Source: Thermomicrobiales bacterium
Lineage (GTDB): Bacteria; Chloroflexota; Chloroflexia; Thermomicrobiales; UBA6265
Assembly: GCA_045804965.1 (NCBI GenBank)
Contig: JBJMMD010000016.1
Location: 133,482-197,481, forward strand
Direction of reading: 5' to 3'
Length of the DNA: 64,000 nt
Shown here in pieces: positions 7,329-16,246 of this stretch; within the stretch, counting starts at the first letter, position 1, and the number at the start of each line of letters is the position of its first letter. The notes beneath the pieces were generated by a model, which saw nothing but the letters and a program-made list of their open reading frames with translations, was not told where the DNA came from and ran no database searches. The position numbers and the translations under genes were made by a program.

Positions 7329-9968
7329 CTATTGCGAGTGCGTTGCCGCTTCGGGCGCGACCAAGTTAGCGGCAAGGGCTGTCCGCGCAGCCGCCGTGCG
7401 CGTGGGGACACCGAGCTTGGCGAGGAGGCGGGCGACATGGCCATCCACGGTGCGGACACTGATGAAGAGGGCGTCGGCGATTTCGCGGTCGGTGCGGCCT
7501 TCGGCGAGGAGGACGAGGACATCCCGTTCCCGTTGGGTCAAGGCAGCATCCGCGCCGGCGAGCGGCTTTCTGCTTGATGAACGATCCGGACCCAGAGCCT
7601 GCGCCTCAGCAATCGCGGCCACGAGTGAAAGTTTGCGGCCCGCCAACCATGCCGACTGGCACCTATGTAACCCCAGCGCCGCCTCAACGTTCGCTTTCGC
7701 TCGATCGTAGGCTGGCCCGTCCGTCGACGAGACCACGCCGCCGAATCGTTCCCGCAGCGCTTCGGCTGCACCCAAGAGCCGGGTCGCTTGCTCCGGTTGC
7801 CGCCACGCCGTGGCGGCAACCGCTGTTCCCGCCAGCGCATCTGCTATCAGACGAAGGTCCCCACGTTCGCCCACGAGCGCGAGGATTTCGCAGTAAAACG
7901 CAACCGAACCGGTTTAATCGCCTTGGTCGCGCGCCACATCGCCGAGATCGCACAACGAGCGAACGATCCCGAGGTGGTAGCCGTGCTCGCGAGAAATGTG
8001 AAGCGACTGTTCGCGCCGCGCTCTCGCCTCCTCCAGGTTCCCCCGGCCGTGTGCAGCTAGGCCGAGATTCGCTAGTGCCATTCCGGTTAAGGCCGCATCC
8101 ACGACTGGATCGCCGATGGCTGCGGCGGAGAAGAGCGCCTCCTCGAGGAAGCGATGGGCCCGATCATAGGCACCCCGCTGGGTCGCAAGGCTACCGAGCG
8201 TAACGAGAACGTAGGCAGTCGTGACCGCATCCTCCCGCTTCCGGGAGATTGCCAGGCCATGGTTGAGAAAGGCTTCCGCCCGCTCTATTTCGCCTTGAAA
8301 CCTGAGCAGCCTGCCGAAACCGACGAGGACTCGCCCCTGCGCTACACTCGCCGTGTCTTGCGTGCTTGCCAATGCCCGCTCTAACCACGTGTGACCCTCC
8401 AAATAGTGGCTGTGAGCGAACCAATACTCGCTTAGCGCGGCGGCGAGACGTAGGAGGCGACGTGGTCGCCGTGCAGATGAAACCAAGCGAGCGCGACGTG
8501 GAGATTGCCGTGCTCGGACGCTAAACGCTGTAGCTGGCGTTCACCGTTTGGCAGGAACATCGCCTGTCTGCTCCGCTCTGCCAAATCCAGGCACCAGGCC
8601 GCGTGCGCGGCGCCGATAGCATCGCCTTCATCCTCGGCTACGGCCTGCTCCCACGCGAACTCACGAACTGTCTCGAGCAATGAGAAACGCGCCTCTTCGC
8701 TCCCATATTCGCGACGTACCAGACTTTTGTCAACGAGCGAGCCAATACGGTCGAGGACGAGGATGGGTGAACCGTCAGACTCCAGTCCGATCACCGATTC
8801 CACCGCCTCCGGGGTGAACCCACCGGCGAAGATAGACAGACGCCGCAAGAGCGCCTGTTCATCCGGGGCCAGCAGGTCATAGCCCCATGCAATCGCGGCA
8901 CGCATTGTTTGGAGACGGGCCGGTTGGTCGCGTGCTCCGCCTGTGAGCAAGGGGAGTCGCGGCTCTAGGCGCGACAGCAGGGCTTGTGGCGCCAGAAGAT
9001 TGGTGCGGGCGGCCGCCAGCTCGATCGCAAGCGGTAGTCCGTCAAGACGCCGGCACACTTCCGCCACGTCTTCGGCATTCGCCGCGGTGAGTGCGAAATC
9101 CGGCGCTACAGCCTGAGCCCGAGTTACGAAAAGACGAACCGCGGCTGAGGTGATCACCTGGTCGAGCGAGGATATCGTGGCGAGCTCCGGCAACGCCAAC
9201 TCTGGCACTGGAAACTAGTGCTCGTCCCAAACGCGCAAGACCGTGCGGCTAGTCACGAGTACCTTTAATCGTGGGCAAGTTGCGAGTAGCGCGGCCACCT
9301 TCGGCGCGGCTTCGGCCACTCCTTCAAAGTTGTCGAGCAGGAGGAGCAACTTCCGCTGCGCTATGTAGAAGCCGAGGCGCTCGGCGAGCAGCTGGGCGTC
9401 AGTCGCCTGCACTCCCACGACTCGCGCGATTGCCGCCGGTACCAGCGCCGGAGCGGTCACAGGAGCGAGATCGACGAACCAGACGCCGTCCGCAAACACT
9501 TCGCTGAGTTCCGCTACCGCTTCCAACGCTAAGCGTGTCTTGCCGACGCCGCTTGGTCCGGTCAAGGTGATGAGAGGAACGTCCTCGCGGAGTATCAAGT
9601 CCCGGACGATGGCAAGCTCGCACCCGCGCCCGAGCAAAGGTGTGCGTGGACGGGGGAGCGTACGCATTCCTACCGGTTCCAAATTCGGGAGACGAGACGA
9701 GGTGGAGAGGGGCGGCGATCTTCTCTGTTCGAGGCGAGGCGGCGCGTGCGGAGCGCGTCCGAAAGCGGGTGAAGGCGTCCGGGGCGATCCGATAAACGCC
9801 GCCATGTTTGGTCGCCGGTAGGTCGCCTCTGGCAATAGCGCGTCGTATTGTGCGTTCACTGACACCAAGGACCTCGGCAGCCTCGCGGGCTGACAGCGGC
9901 CACGTGTCCGCTGCGCCGGACACTTCAGCAAGCTCTGCCCAGCCCGGTGTCCGCTCGTCCATAATCAC
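7329..9968 (-). pseudogene. decayed large transcriptional regulator (excisionase-type HTH + P-loop NTPase + TPR + LuxR-type HTH)
   Basis: Five collinear pieces on the minus strand. (1) HTH (LSAREAAEVLGVSERTIRRAIARGDL), 9968 to ~9700. (2) After a frameshift, the P-loop part (LTGPSGVGKTRLALE), ending at in-frame TAG 9215-9217 (...RVWDEH*FPVPELALPE...). (3) Continuation down to 8432. (4) After a second frameshift in 8432-8486, the TPR part, ending at in-frame TAA 7914-7916 (...DVARDQGD*TGSVAFY...). (5) LuxR HTH ([36 protein letters not shown]). Confidence 0.8.
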
Positions 9969-10250
9969 CGAAGAATGCGCGATGGGACTGGTGCACGCAA
10001 GGATGGTTGCCCCAGGCGACCAGAATCTTACGACTACTGCCGCCCGTCTTGTGCTCGTCGCGCTGGAACGTTGGTGAGGCTACGCCGGGCTGGAATTTCA
10101 CTTGGGCGCGGACGGTGGGAAATCTTCATTCACCCAGCATAAGCTTTGGCATGTGATGTGCTTTTATGTGAAGTGAGAGTGATCCGTGGAACCCGATACG
10201 AGGGGCTCGGCGGAGCTGTTGTCGATAAGAGAAGGAGGTTAGGAAGAACG

Positions 10251-10517
10251 ATGGTTACGCGATCGGTTGACGACGTCCGCACTGAGCGCGCCGTCCAAAC
10301 GCCCGTCCGCAATTACTGGGACGAGACGAAGATCTCGTTCCTTACGACGGAGTTTTGGGCATTCATCGCTGCTGTTGTTGGAGTCGCGATTGCCACTCAG
10401 CAACTCGACAATTTGGATGCCTGGGACGGCTGGCGGCTCATCACCGCATTAGCTATTGGGTATATGCTAAGCCGGGGTCTGGCGAAGGCTGGCAGCGCCC
10501 ATCCAGACGAGCACTAA
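10251..10517 (+). CDS. small two-TM membrane protein, hypothetical
   Basis: ATG 10251 preceded by GAAGGAGG/AGGAAG. 88 aa with two hydrophobic helices (FWAFIAAVVGVAIA; WRLITALAIGYML). Confidence 0.5.
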   Translation: MVTRSVDDVRTERAVQTPVRNYWDETKISFLTTEFWAFIAAVVGVAIATQQLDNLDAWDGWRLITALAIGYMLSRGLAKAGSAHPDEH

Positions 10518-10661
10518 TCCGCGATTACGTCGCTATTAAGCTCGTACGTCGGAGCGGCCTCGCGCGTGGAGAACCACGCCGGGGCCGCTCCGGCATATTC
10601 TCGGTCATTCTTCTTGGGCGATCAGCTGATCGTGCCAGACGACGTTTGCCAAGGATGCGAT

Positions 10662-11066
10662 ATGAAAAACGATCCAGACGACGAGACATCAGGCGCCAGC
10701 CGCAACGAGAAGCTTGTCAACCGCCTAGCCATGGCGCAGGCCACGTATTTTGTTGCCACTGGTGTCTGGCCATTGATCGATCTGCGTTCGTTTGAATGGG
10801 TGAGCGGACCGAAGGTCGATGACTGGCTGGTCAAGACCGTTGGTATCGAGGTCGCGGTCGTCGGGGCCGTGCTTGCGTTCGCGACGCGAAGCAAACGCAT
10901 CACCCCGGAGATCGAGCTGCTTGCGGTGGGGAACGCGCTCGGTCTTACCGCCATCGACCTCGTCTATGTCAGCCGCCGAGTGATTCGTCCGATCTATCTG
11001 CTTGACGCCGCGATTGAGGTTGGATTCGCCGCGGGCTGGTTAGCGCTCCGCCATAGCCGACCGTAA
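10662..11066 (+). CDS. hypothetical integral membrane protein
   Basis: ATG 10662 (MKNDPDDETSG...), about 134 aa with 3-4 hydrophobic segments. No family recognised. Confidence 0.5.
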   Translation: MKNDPDDETSGASRNEKLVNRLAMAQATYFVATGVWPLIDLRSFEWVSGPKVDDWLVKTVGIEVAVVGAVLAFATRSKRITPEIELLAVGNALGLTAIDLVYVSRRVIRPIYLLDAAIEVGFAAGWLALRHSRP

Positions 11067-11072
11067 CGGCCG

Positions 11073-11169
11073 CGAGTTGGCGTTCCCGTTTCCTTCCTGC
11101 GATGATGCTGCCCTCAACATGAGGGCAAAGCTTTTGGAGAGTGGAATCGTGGCTAGCAACACGCCTGCC
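11073..11169 (+). repeat. direct repeat copy 1: duplicated promoter-like boxes, SD and first 7 codons of the CrtI-like gene
   Basis: Collinear with 13696..13791. Identical blocks: CGAGTTGGCGT, CCTGCGAT at the same 23-nt offset, TTGG(A)GAGTGG, and a 21-nt exact core GTGGCTAGCAACACGCCTGCC (11149-11169). Here the duplicated start opens only an 11-codon remnant (VASNTPALPTS*). TTGGCG-18 nt-GATGAT looks like -35/-10 boxes. Confidence 0.8.
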
Positions 11170-11327
11170 CTACCTACATCCTGAATGTGCTCCTTCGATG
11201 CCTTTCGCCCTGGCGGTTCGCTGTGAACCTTAGTTCGGGCTTGACATCGACGGCGCTAGGTATAGTCTGACCTCCAACCGAACATCATCCAGCCGGGCGC
11301 GAGTCGATTCATCGTCGCGCCTTCGAT

Positions 11328-12278
11328 GTGGGGGGAGGCTGCCCGTTGCAGCGCGTTTTTCCCTGGTGGCTTCGGGCATTCCTCATCGCTGGCGCGATCG
11401 AAGCGATTGCGATTGGCGCAAGTAGTTGGCTCGCGCCCCAAGGCTCGTTATCTCGCCGTCTTTTGCCGGTCTCGGGGGGAACGTTGAACTATTCGTCCGC
11501 GACCTACTCCGGCTTCGATCCGGCAAACCCCGCTTCCTCAGCGCCGAATCCGAGCGCGTTCGCTCTGGCACGTCTACAACCGCTGAACGCTCGAGTGATT
11601 GGCGCCCTCTACCTTGCCGGTGCGGTCGGCCTCATAGCCTCGTACTTGGCTCGGCAAGCGCTTGACGCCCGCATCTTCATCTTTGGGTTCGGGTTCATCG
11701 CTAGCTCGCTCTTGCTCATCACCCTCGCTTACTGGACGGACTTCACCGCCGATCATATTCCCTATGGCTGGTTGATCTCATACATCGTCGACCCGCTCGT
11801 TGCCGCAATCGCTATCTTGGCTTTGGGACTGATGAGACCGACATTGCCGGGCCCGCACCGCCTGACTCCACTCTTGCTGTTCGAAGGTGCGGTATTGGGC
11901 TTATGTGGGCTGCTCTTGCTGCTGGCGCCACGAACGGCCGCGAAACTTTGGCCCTGGACAATCAATGACCTTCTGGCCCGGATTTACGCCTGCTTCTTAC
12001 TCGGATTTGCGCTCGGTGCACTTCTCGCCGCATGGGAGAAGCGTGTACTGGCGATCAGACCGTTCGCGATTGCCTCGGCCGCGATGCCGCTCTTTGTCAT
12101 CATCGCTTCCGTTCGGTACCTTGACCTACTGAGGCACGGTCTTCGCGAGTGGACCTGGTTCGGAACGTTCAGTCTCCTCGGCCTCCTCTTTGTTGCCTTC
12201 CTCCCATCGCTCTTCCGCGAAGAGCCTCGTACGTTTAATGCGGCGAAACCGACCGGTTCTGCCCGCGCGACAGACTGA
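11328..12278 (+). CDS. hypothetical polytopic membrane protein (~8 TM)
   Basis: 316-aa ORF with a GTG start and many hydrophobic helices. No family recognised. TTGACA (11241-11246) and TAGTCT 16 nt later could be its own promoter (weak). Confidence 0.6.
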   Translation: MGGGCPLQRVFPWWLRAFLIAGAIEAIAIGASSWLAPQGSLSRRLLPVSGGTLNYSSATYSGFDPANPASSAPNPSAFALARLQPLNARVIGALYLAGAVGLIASYLARQALDARIFIFGFGFIASSLLLITLAYWTDFTADHIPYGWLISYIVDPLVAAIAILALGLMRPTLPGPHRLTPLLLFEGAVLGLCGLLLLLAPRTAAKLWPWTINDLLARIYACFLLGFALGALLAAWEKRVLAIRPFAIASAAMPLFVIIASVRYLDLLRHGLREWTWFGTFSLLGLLFVAFLPSLFREEPRTFNAAKPTGSARATD

Positions 12279-12285
12279 CCGGGCC

Positions 12286-12717
12286 GTGGAAGCGTTGCGC
12301 TCCATTGCGCCAAGGCTGCTCCGCCCATTCCTCTGGGTGCTCGGCGGTGGGCTCTTTGCCCAAGGCGTGCTCACGGTCATCATCCTCGCCTTTACCCACG
12401 AGGTGGCGCAAAAAACGCACGGAGTGCTCAACCACGATGCTCGCCACGGAACACTCCACATCATTTGGGGGCTAGCGGTCTTGTCCCTGCTCCGCATTGG
12501 TGTCGGAGAACGTGGCTTGGCCTGGGCCGCCGTGATTTTCGGTCTGTTCTACGTGACGCTGGGTGTGCTTGGCATCGCGCTTCACGACCCATTCGGTCTA
12601 CAGCTTGGCACGGGTGAAAATGGATTCCATTTCATCATTGGACCGTCAGCGCTGGTCGTCGGCGGCTTAACGCTCTGGGCGCGGGCGGCGTCCGCGAAAA
12701 TCGAATTGGCGATGTAA
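12286..12717 (+). CDS. DUF4383-like small membrane protein
   Basis: Four hydrophobic helices with HxxxG-type motifs (GTLHIIWGLAVL; NGFHFIIGPSAL). Start uncertain: GTG 12286 (no overlap) or ATG 12238 (41-nt overlap with the upstream gene). Confidence 0.5.
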   Translation: MEALRSIAPRLLRPFLWVLGGGLFAQGVLTVIILAFTHEVAQKTHGVLNHDARHGTLHIIWGLAVLSLLRIGVGERGLAWAAVIFGLFYVTLGVLGIALHDPFGLQLGTGENGFHFIIGPSALVVGGLTLWARAASAKIELAM

Positions 12718-12741
12718 TCGAGTGGCACGGACACCCTTTAC

Positions 12742-13671
12742 GTGAAAGGGAGGATGATGGTCGTTTATGAGTTGATCGCTGCGCTCGTGATCGTCGCGAT
12801 CGCCATCAAGATCTTCGAGGGACGGATGCCGCTTGCGGTCTACCGCGCCGGGATTCTGCTCTACGTCGGGGTACCCTTCCTCGCGCTAACCTACGCGATC
12901 TGGTCGGGCTGGGGCCGATGGATCGGTAACCGTGAGTTCGCGCTCTTTCTGATTTTCGCGCTCTTAACAGGCATCGGCACTGGCGTCGGATACCATCGCC
13001 TCCTGACCCATCACAGCTTTGAAACACGCTCGCCAATCAAGTTCTTCTTTCTGGCCTTAGGCGCAATGGCTTTGCCGACACGCCCCGTCGACTTCGCCGC
13101 AAACCACCTCAAGCATCATGCCTTTTCCGACCATGATGGCGACCCGCACAGCCCGCTCGACGGGCTCTTTCATGCCCACTTCGGATGGATCTTGAAGGCG
13201 TCGAAGCCAGAGCGGGAGCGCTATTGCAAAAGCCTGCTCGACGACCCAGTGGTGATGTTTATTGATCACACGCCGATGCTCTGGTTCGGCCTGGGGCTCT
13301 TCATTCCTTATCTCATCGCCGGTTGGCAGGGATTGCTTTGGGGCGGGCTGATCCGCCTTTGCTACCACAATCACGTCACCTTCGCCGTCAATTCGATCTG
13401 CCACACCTTCGGGGATCGCCCGTTCGCGACGAGCGATGAGAGCCGCAACAATTGGTTGATCGGACTACTTGCCTTCGGGGAAGGCTGGCACAACAACCAT
13501 CATGCCTTCCCTGGCATGGCGTCCCACGGCATGGGTTGGCGACAAGTCGACCTCAATGGGCTGGTCATTCGGGGACTGGCGTCGCTCGGTCTGGCCTGGA
13601 AAGTCAAGCAGCCGTCGCCTGAGCTGATCGCTCGTCGCCGCATCCTTCCAGAACCATCCGTCGCCGACTAA
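12742..13671 (+). CDS. membrane acyl-CoA/acyl-lipid (Delta9-type) fatty-acid desaturase
   Basis: Three His boxes (HRLLTHH, HLKHHAFSDHDGDPHSP, GEGWHNNHHAFP) and N-terminal TM helices. The start could be GTG 12742 or ATG 12754/12757. Confidence 0.9.
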   Translation: MKGRMMVVYELIAALVIVAIAIKIFEGRMPLAVYRAGILLYVGVPFLALTYAIWSGWGRWIGNREFALFLIFALLTGIGTGVGYHRLLTHHSFETRSPIKFFFLALGAMALPTRPVDFAANHLKHHAFSDHDGDPHSPLDGLFHAHFGWILKASKPERERYCKSLLDDPVVMFIDHTPMLWFGLGLFIPYLIAGWQGLLWGGLIRLCYHNHVTFAVNSICHTFGDRPFATSDESRNNWLIGLLAFGEGWHNNHHAFPGMASHGMGWRQVDLNGLVIRGLASLGLAWKVKQPSPELIARRRILPEPSVAD

Positions 13672-13695
13672 GGGCCCTGAGCCATCGCATTGAAT

Positions 13696-13791
13696 CGAGT
13701 TGGCGTCAGAGAGCGCTGCCTGCGATCATTACCACCATGCGGAACGTTCACGTCAATTGGGAGTGGGTTGGTGGCTAGCAACACGCCTGCC
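13696..13791 (+). repeat. direct repeat copy 2 (functional 5' region of the CrtI-like gene)
   Basis: Same conserved blocks as 11073..11169, with the exact 21-nt core at 13771-13791. TTGGCG-18 nt-GATCAT boxes, GGGAG SD and a GTG start at 13771. Confidence 0.8.
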
Positions 13792-15384
13792 GCGTCAAAC
13801 GCGGCTTCGCAGGATCGATACGACGCGATCGTCGTCGGCTCAGGCCATAACGGTCTGATCGCGGCCGGTTATCTCGCCAAGGCGGGCAAACGGGTGCTCG
13901 TGCTCGAACGGCGAGACATCGTCGGCGGGGCGACCGTGACTGAAGAACAATGGCCGGGCTACCTCCTCTCAACCTGTTCTTACGTCTGTAACTTGCTCCT
14001 CCCGGAGGTCATTCAAGACCTCGAATTGACCCGGTTCGGCTATCAGGTGCGGCCGTTCGATCCGACGTATTTCGTTCCCTTCCCGGACGGCAGCTACTAC
14101 ATGGCATTCCTAGACGGCGACAAGACGCGCGAGCAAATCGCGAAGTTCTCGAAGAAGGATGTTGTTGCCTATGACGCCTATTGGGACATGTGGGACCGGA
14201 TCATCGCCCGCATGCGGCCACTATTGCTTGGGCCAGCCCCGACCTGGTCGCAGATCGAGGCCGCGTTTGCCGGTCCACAAGGCTTGGAAGATTGGCGAAC
14301 GCTGACCCGCAAGAGCGTCGCCGAATTGCTTGACGAGTATTTCGAGTCAGATCAAATCAAAGCGCCGATGTGCACCGGCGGCGTCATCGGCGTCAATGCC
14401 GGTCCGCGCACGCCCGGCACGTGCTACGTCAAGTATCACCACCTGATCGGCAATCTTGATGGTCATCAAGGCGCATGGGGGTTTGTCCGCGGCGGCATGG
14501 GCACGGTCGCCACGTCGATTGCGGCGTTCGACCGCGAACATGGTGTCGAGATCGTTACGGACGCCGAGGTTGCCGAAATCGATATTGTCGACGGCGCAGC
14601 CAGAGGCGTTCGCCTCGTCGATGGGCGGCGCTTCTTTGCCGACACGGTCCTCTCGAATGCCGATCCTCACCGGACGTTCCTCGGTCTGGTCTGCGCGAAG
14701 CACCTGCCGGACGAGCTTGTTGCCGGCGTGAAGCGCTTGAAGGTCAAAGGCAACGTCGTCAAGGTACTGTTGGGTCTCGGTGAGCTGCCGAATTTTACGG
14801 CCATGCCCGGCACGGAGGTCGGCCCGCAACACACCGGCGGCATTACGATCAATCCTTCGATCGCGTATCTGGACGAGGCGTGGAACGACTGCAAGCGCGG
14901 GCAGCCGTCACGACGCCCGTTCATGGATTGCTACATTCAGAGCGCGACTGAAGATGGACTCGCCCCCGAACGTAAGCACACGATGAGCCTCTTCGTGCAA
15001 TACGCGCCGCACGATCTCGCCGAGGGAACCTGGAACGAACGCCGCGACGAGATCGGCAACAACATCATCGACACTCTTGCCGAGTACGCGCCCAATCTTC
15101 CAAACGCGATCGAGCACATGACAGTGCTCGGACCGCCGGATATCGAAGCGACCATCGGCATTACCGGCGGCAACATCTTCCACGGCGAGATCGTGCCGGA
15201 TCAGATGTTTGGTTATCGACCCGTGCCCGGCTTTAGCGACTATCAGACGCCGGTCGACGGCCTCTATCTCTGCGGCTCGGGAGCGTGGCCAGGCGGCGCG
15301 GTTTTTGGCGCGCCTGGTCGCAACGCGGCTTTACAGGTCCTGGCCGATCTTGGTGTCGAGTCAGAACGAGTGGCGGCGGACTGA
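13771..15384 (+). CDS. NAD(P)/FAD-dependent oxidoreductase, phytoene desaturase (CrtI)-like family
   Basis: Dinucleotide fold YDAIVVGSGHNGLIAAGYLAKAGKRVLVLERRDIVGGA, ~540 aa, C-terminal GLYLCGSGAWPGGAV motif. GTG 13771 lies 8 nt after GGGAG. Confidence 0.85.
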   Translation: MASNTPAASNAASQDRYDAIVVGSGHNGLIAAGYLAKAGKRVLVLERRDIVGGATVTEEQWPGYLLSTCSYVCNLLLPEVIQDLELTRFGYQVRPFDPTYFVPFPDGSYYMAFLDGDKTREQIAKFSKKDVVAYDAYWDMWDRIIARMRPLLLGPAPTWSQIEAAFAGPQGLEDWRTLTRKSVAELLDEYFESDQIKAPMCTGGVIGVNAGPRTPGTCYVKYHHLIGNLDGHQGAWGFVRGGMGTVATSIAAFDREHGVEIVTDAEVAEIDIVDGAARGVRLVDGRRFFADTVLSNADPHRTFLGLVCAKHLPDELVAGVKRLKVKGNVVKVLLGLGELPNFTAMPGTEVGPQHTGGITINPSIAYLDEAWNDCKRGQPSRRPFMDCYIQSATEDGLAPERKHTMSLFVQYAPHDLAEGTWNERRDEIGNNIIDTLAEYAPNLPNAIEHMTVLGPPDIEATIGITGGNIFHGEIVPDQMFGYRPVPGFSDYQTPVDGLYLCGSGAWPGGAVFGAPGRNAALQVLADLGVESERVAAD

Positions 15385-15534
15385 CATCTCTTGGGACACT
15401 GTGGCAGCAGGTAACAGCGAACCTGCTTGACGTGAAGGCGATCGGTCGTCAAGATAAGCCCCATCGAGAAACTTGAAACGACGAGCCGTTTTCCCGCACC
15501 GCACGGCTTGACGGCGTTAGCGGAGAGCGTCGCG

Positions 15535-16227
15535 ATGGCTCCTGCCGCAGAACCGAGCCCGGAGGCGGCGATTTTTCACGCGATTCGGTCCGGCGACCAA
15601 TCGCGGGTTGAATCGTTGCTTGATACGAATCCATCTGCCGCGAACGCGACCGACGCCCAAGGGCTGAGCGCCCTGACTGTCGCGACCTACTATGGGCAGG
15701 CGAATATCGTCGATCTCCTGCTCGCGCGCGGGGCCAAGGACGATATCTTCGCGGCCACGGCCCGCGGCGATCGGCAAGCGGTCGAGAACCTCCTGCGTGA
15801 CTTCCCCGACCTCATCAATAGCTATAGCAGCGACGGCTGGTCGGCGCTGGCGCTGGCGGCGCATTTTGGCCGCCTCGAAATCGCACAGATTCTGCTCGAC
15901 CGTGGAGCCGAACCGAACAGAGTGTCGCAAAATCTCAATACCAACACCCCGTTGCATGCCGCGGTCGCCGGCAATCAACGCGAGTCGGTCGTGCTCCTGC
16001 TGCAACATGGCGCGAATGTGAATGCAACCGATGCCGGTGGGTGGACTCCGCTTGGACTCGCCGCGCACGAAGGTCGAGGCCCGATCATCGAGATTCTGCT
16101 CGCCGCGGGCGCCGATCCAAACAAGCCGAACGCTCAGGGCGATACGCCGCTCATGGTCGCGCGCGAGCGGGATCATCAAGACGCGGTCGCACTGCTGCTC
16201 AGTGGGGGCGCAGCCCCAACCGCATGA
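15535..16227 (+). CDS. ankyrin-repeat protein
   Basis: At least five 33-residue ANK repeats (GWSALALAAHFGRLEIAQILLDRGAEPN; NTPLHAAVAGNQRESVVLLLQHGANVN; GWTPLGLAAHEGRGPIIEILLAAGADPN). ATG 15535 with GGAGAG upstream. No signal peptide. Confidence 0.85.
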   Translation: MAPAAEPSPEAAIFHAIRSGDQSRVESLLDTNPSAANATDAQGLSALTVATYYGQANIVDLLLARGAKDDIFAATARGDRQAVENLLRDFPDLINSYSSDGWSALALAAHFGRLEIAQILLDRGAEPNRVSQNLNTNTPLHAAVAGNQRESVVLLLQHGANVNATDAGGWTPLGLAAHEGRGPIIEILLAAGADPNKPNAQGDTPLMVARERDHQDAVALLLSGGAAPTA

Positions 16228-16246
16228 TGAGTTCGCGCCCGAATCT

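Noticed and set aside
9399-9968. 189-aa ORF as an independent small excisionase-type HTH gene, which would hint at a prophage or mobile element.
   Set aside because: Only the first ~60 residues look protein-like; the rest is Arg-rich out-of-frame sequence of the P-loop domain. The HTH-linker-NTPase order matches a single regulator with a frameshift, and no integrase or other mobile-element genes are nearby. A surviving stand-alone HTH peptide cannot be fully excluded.
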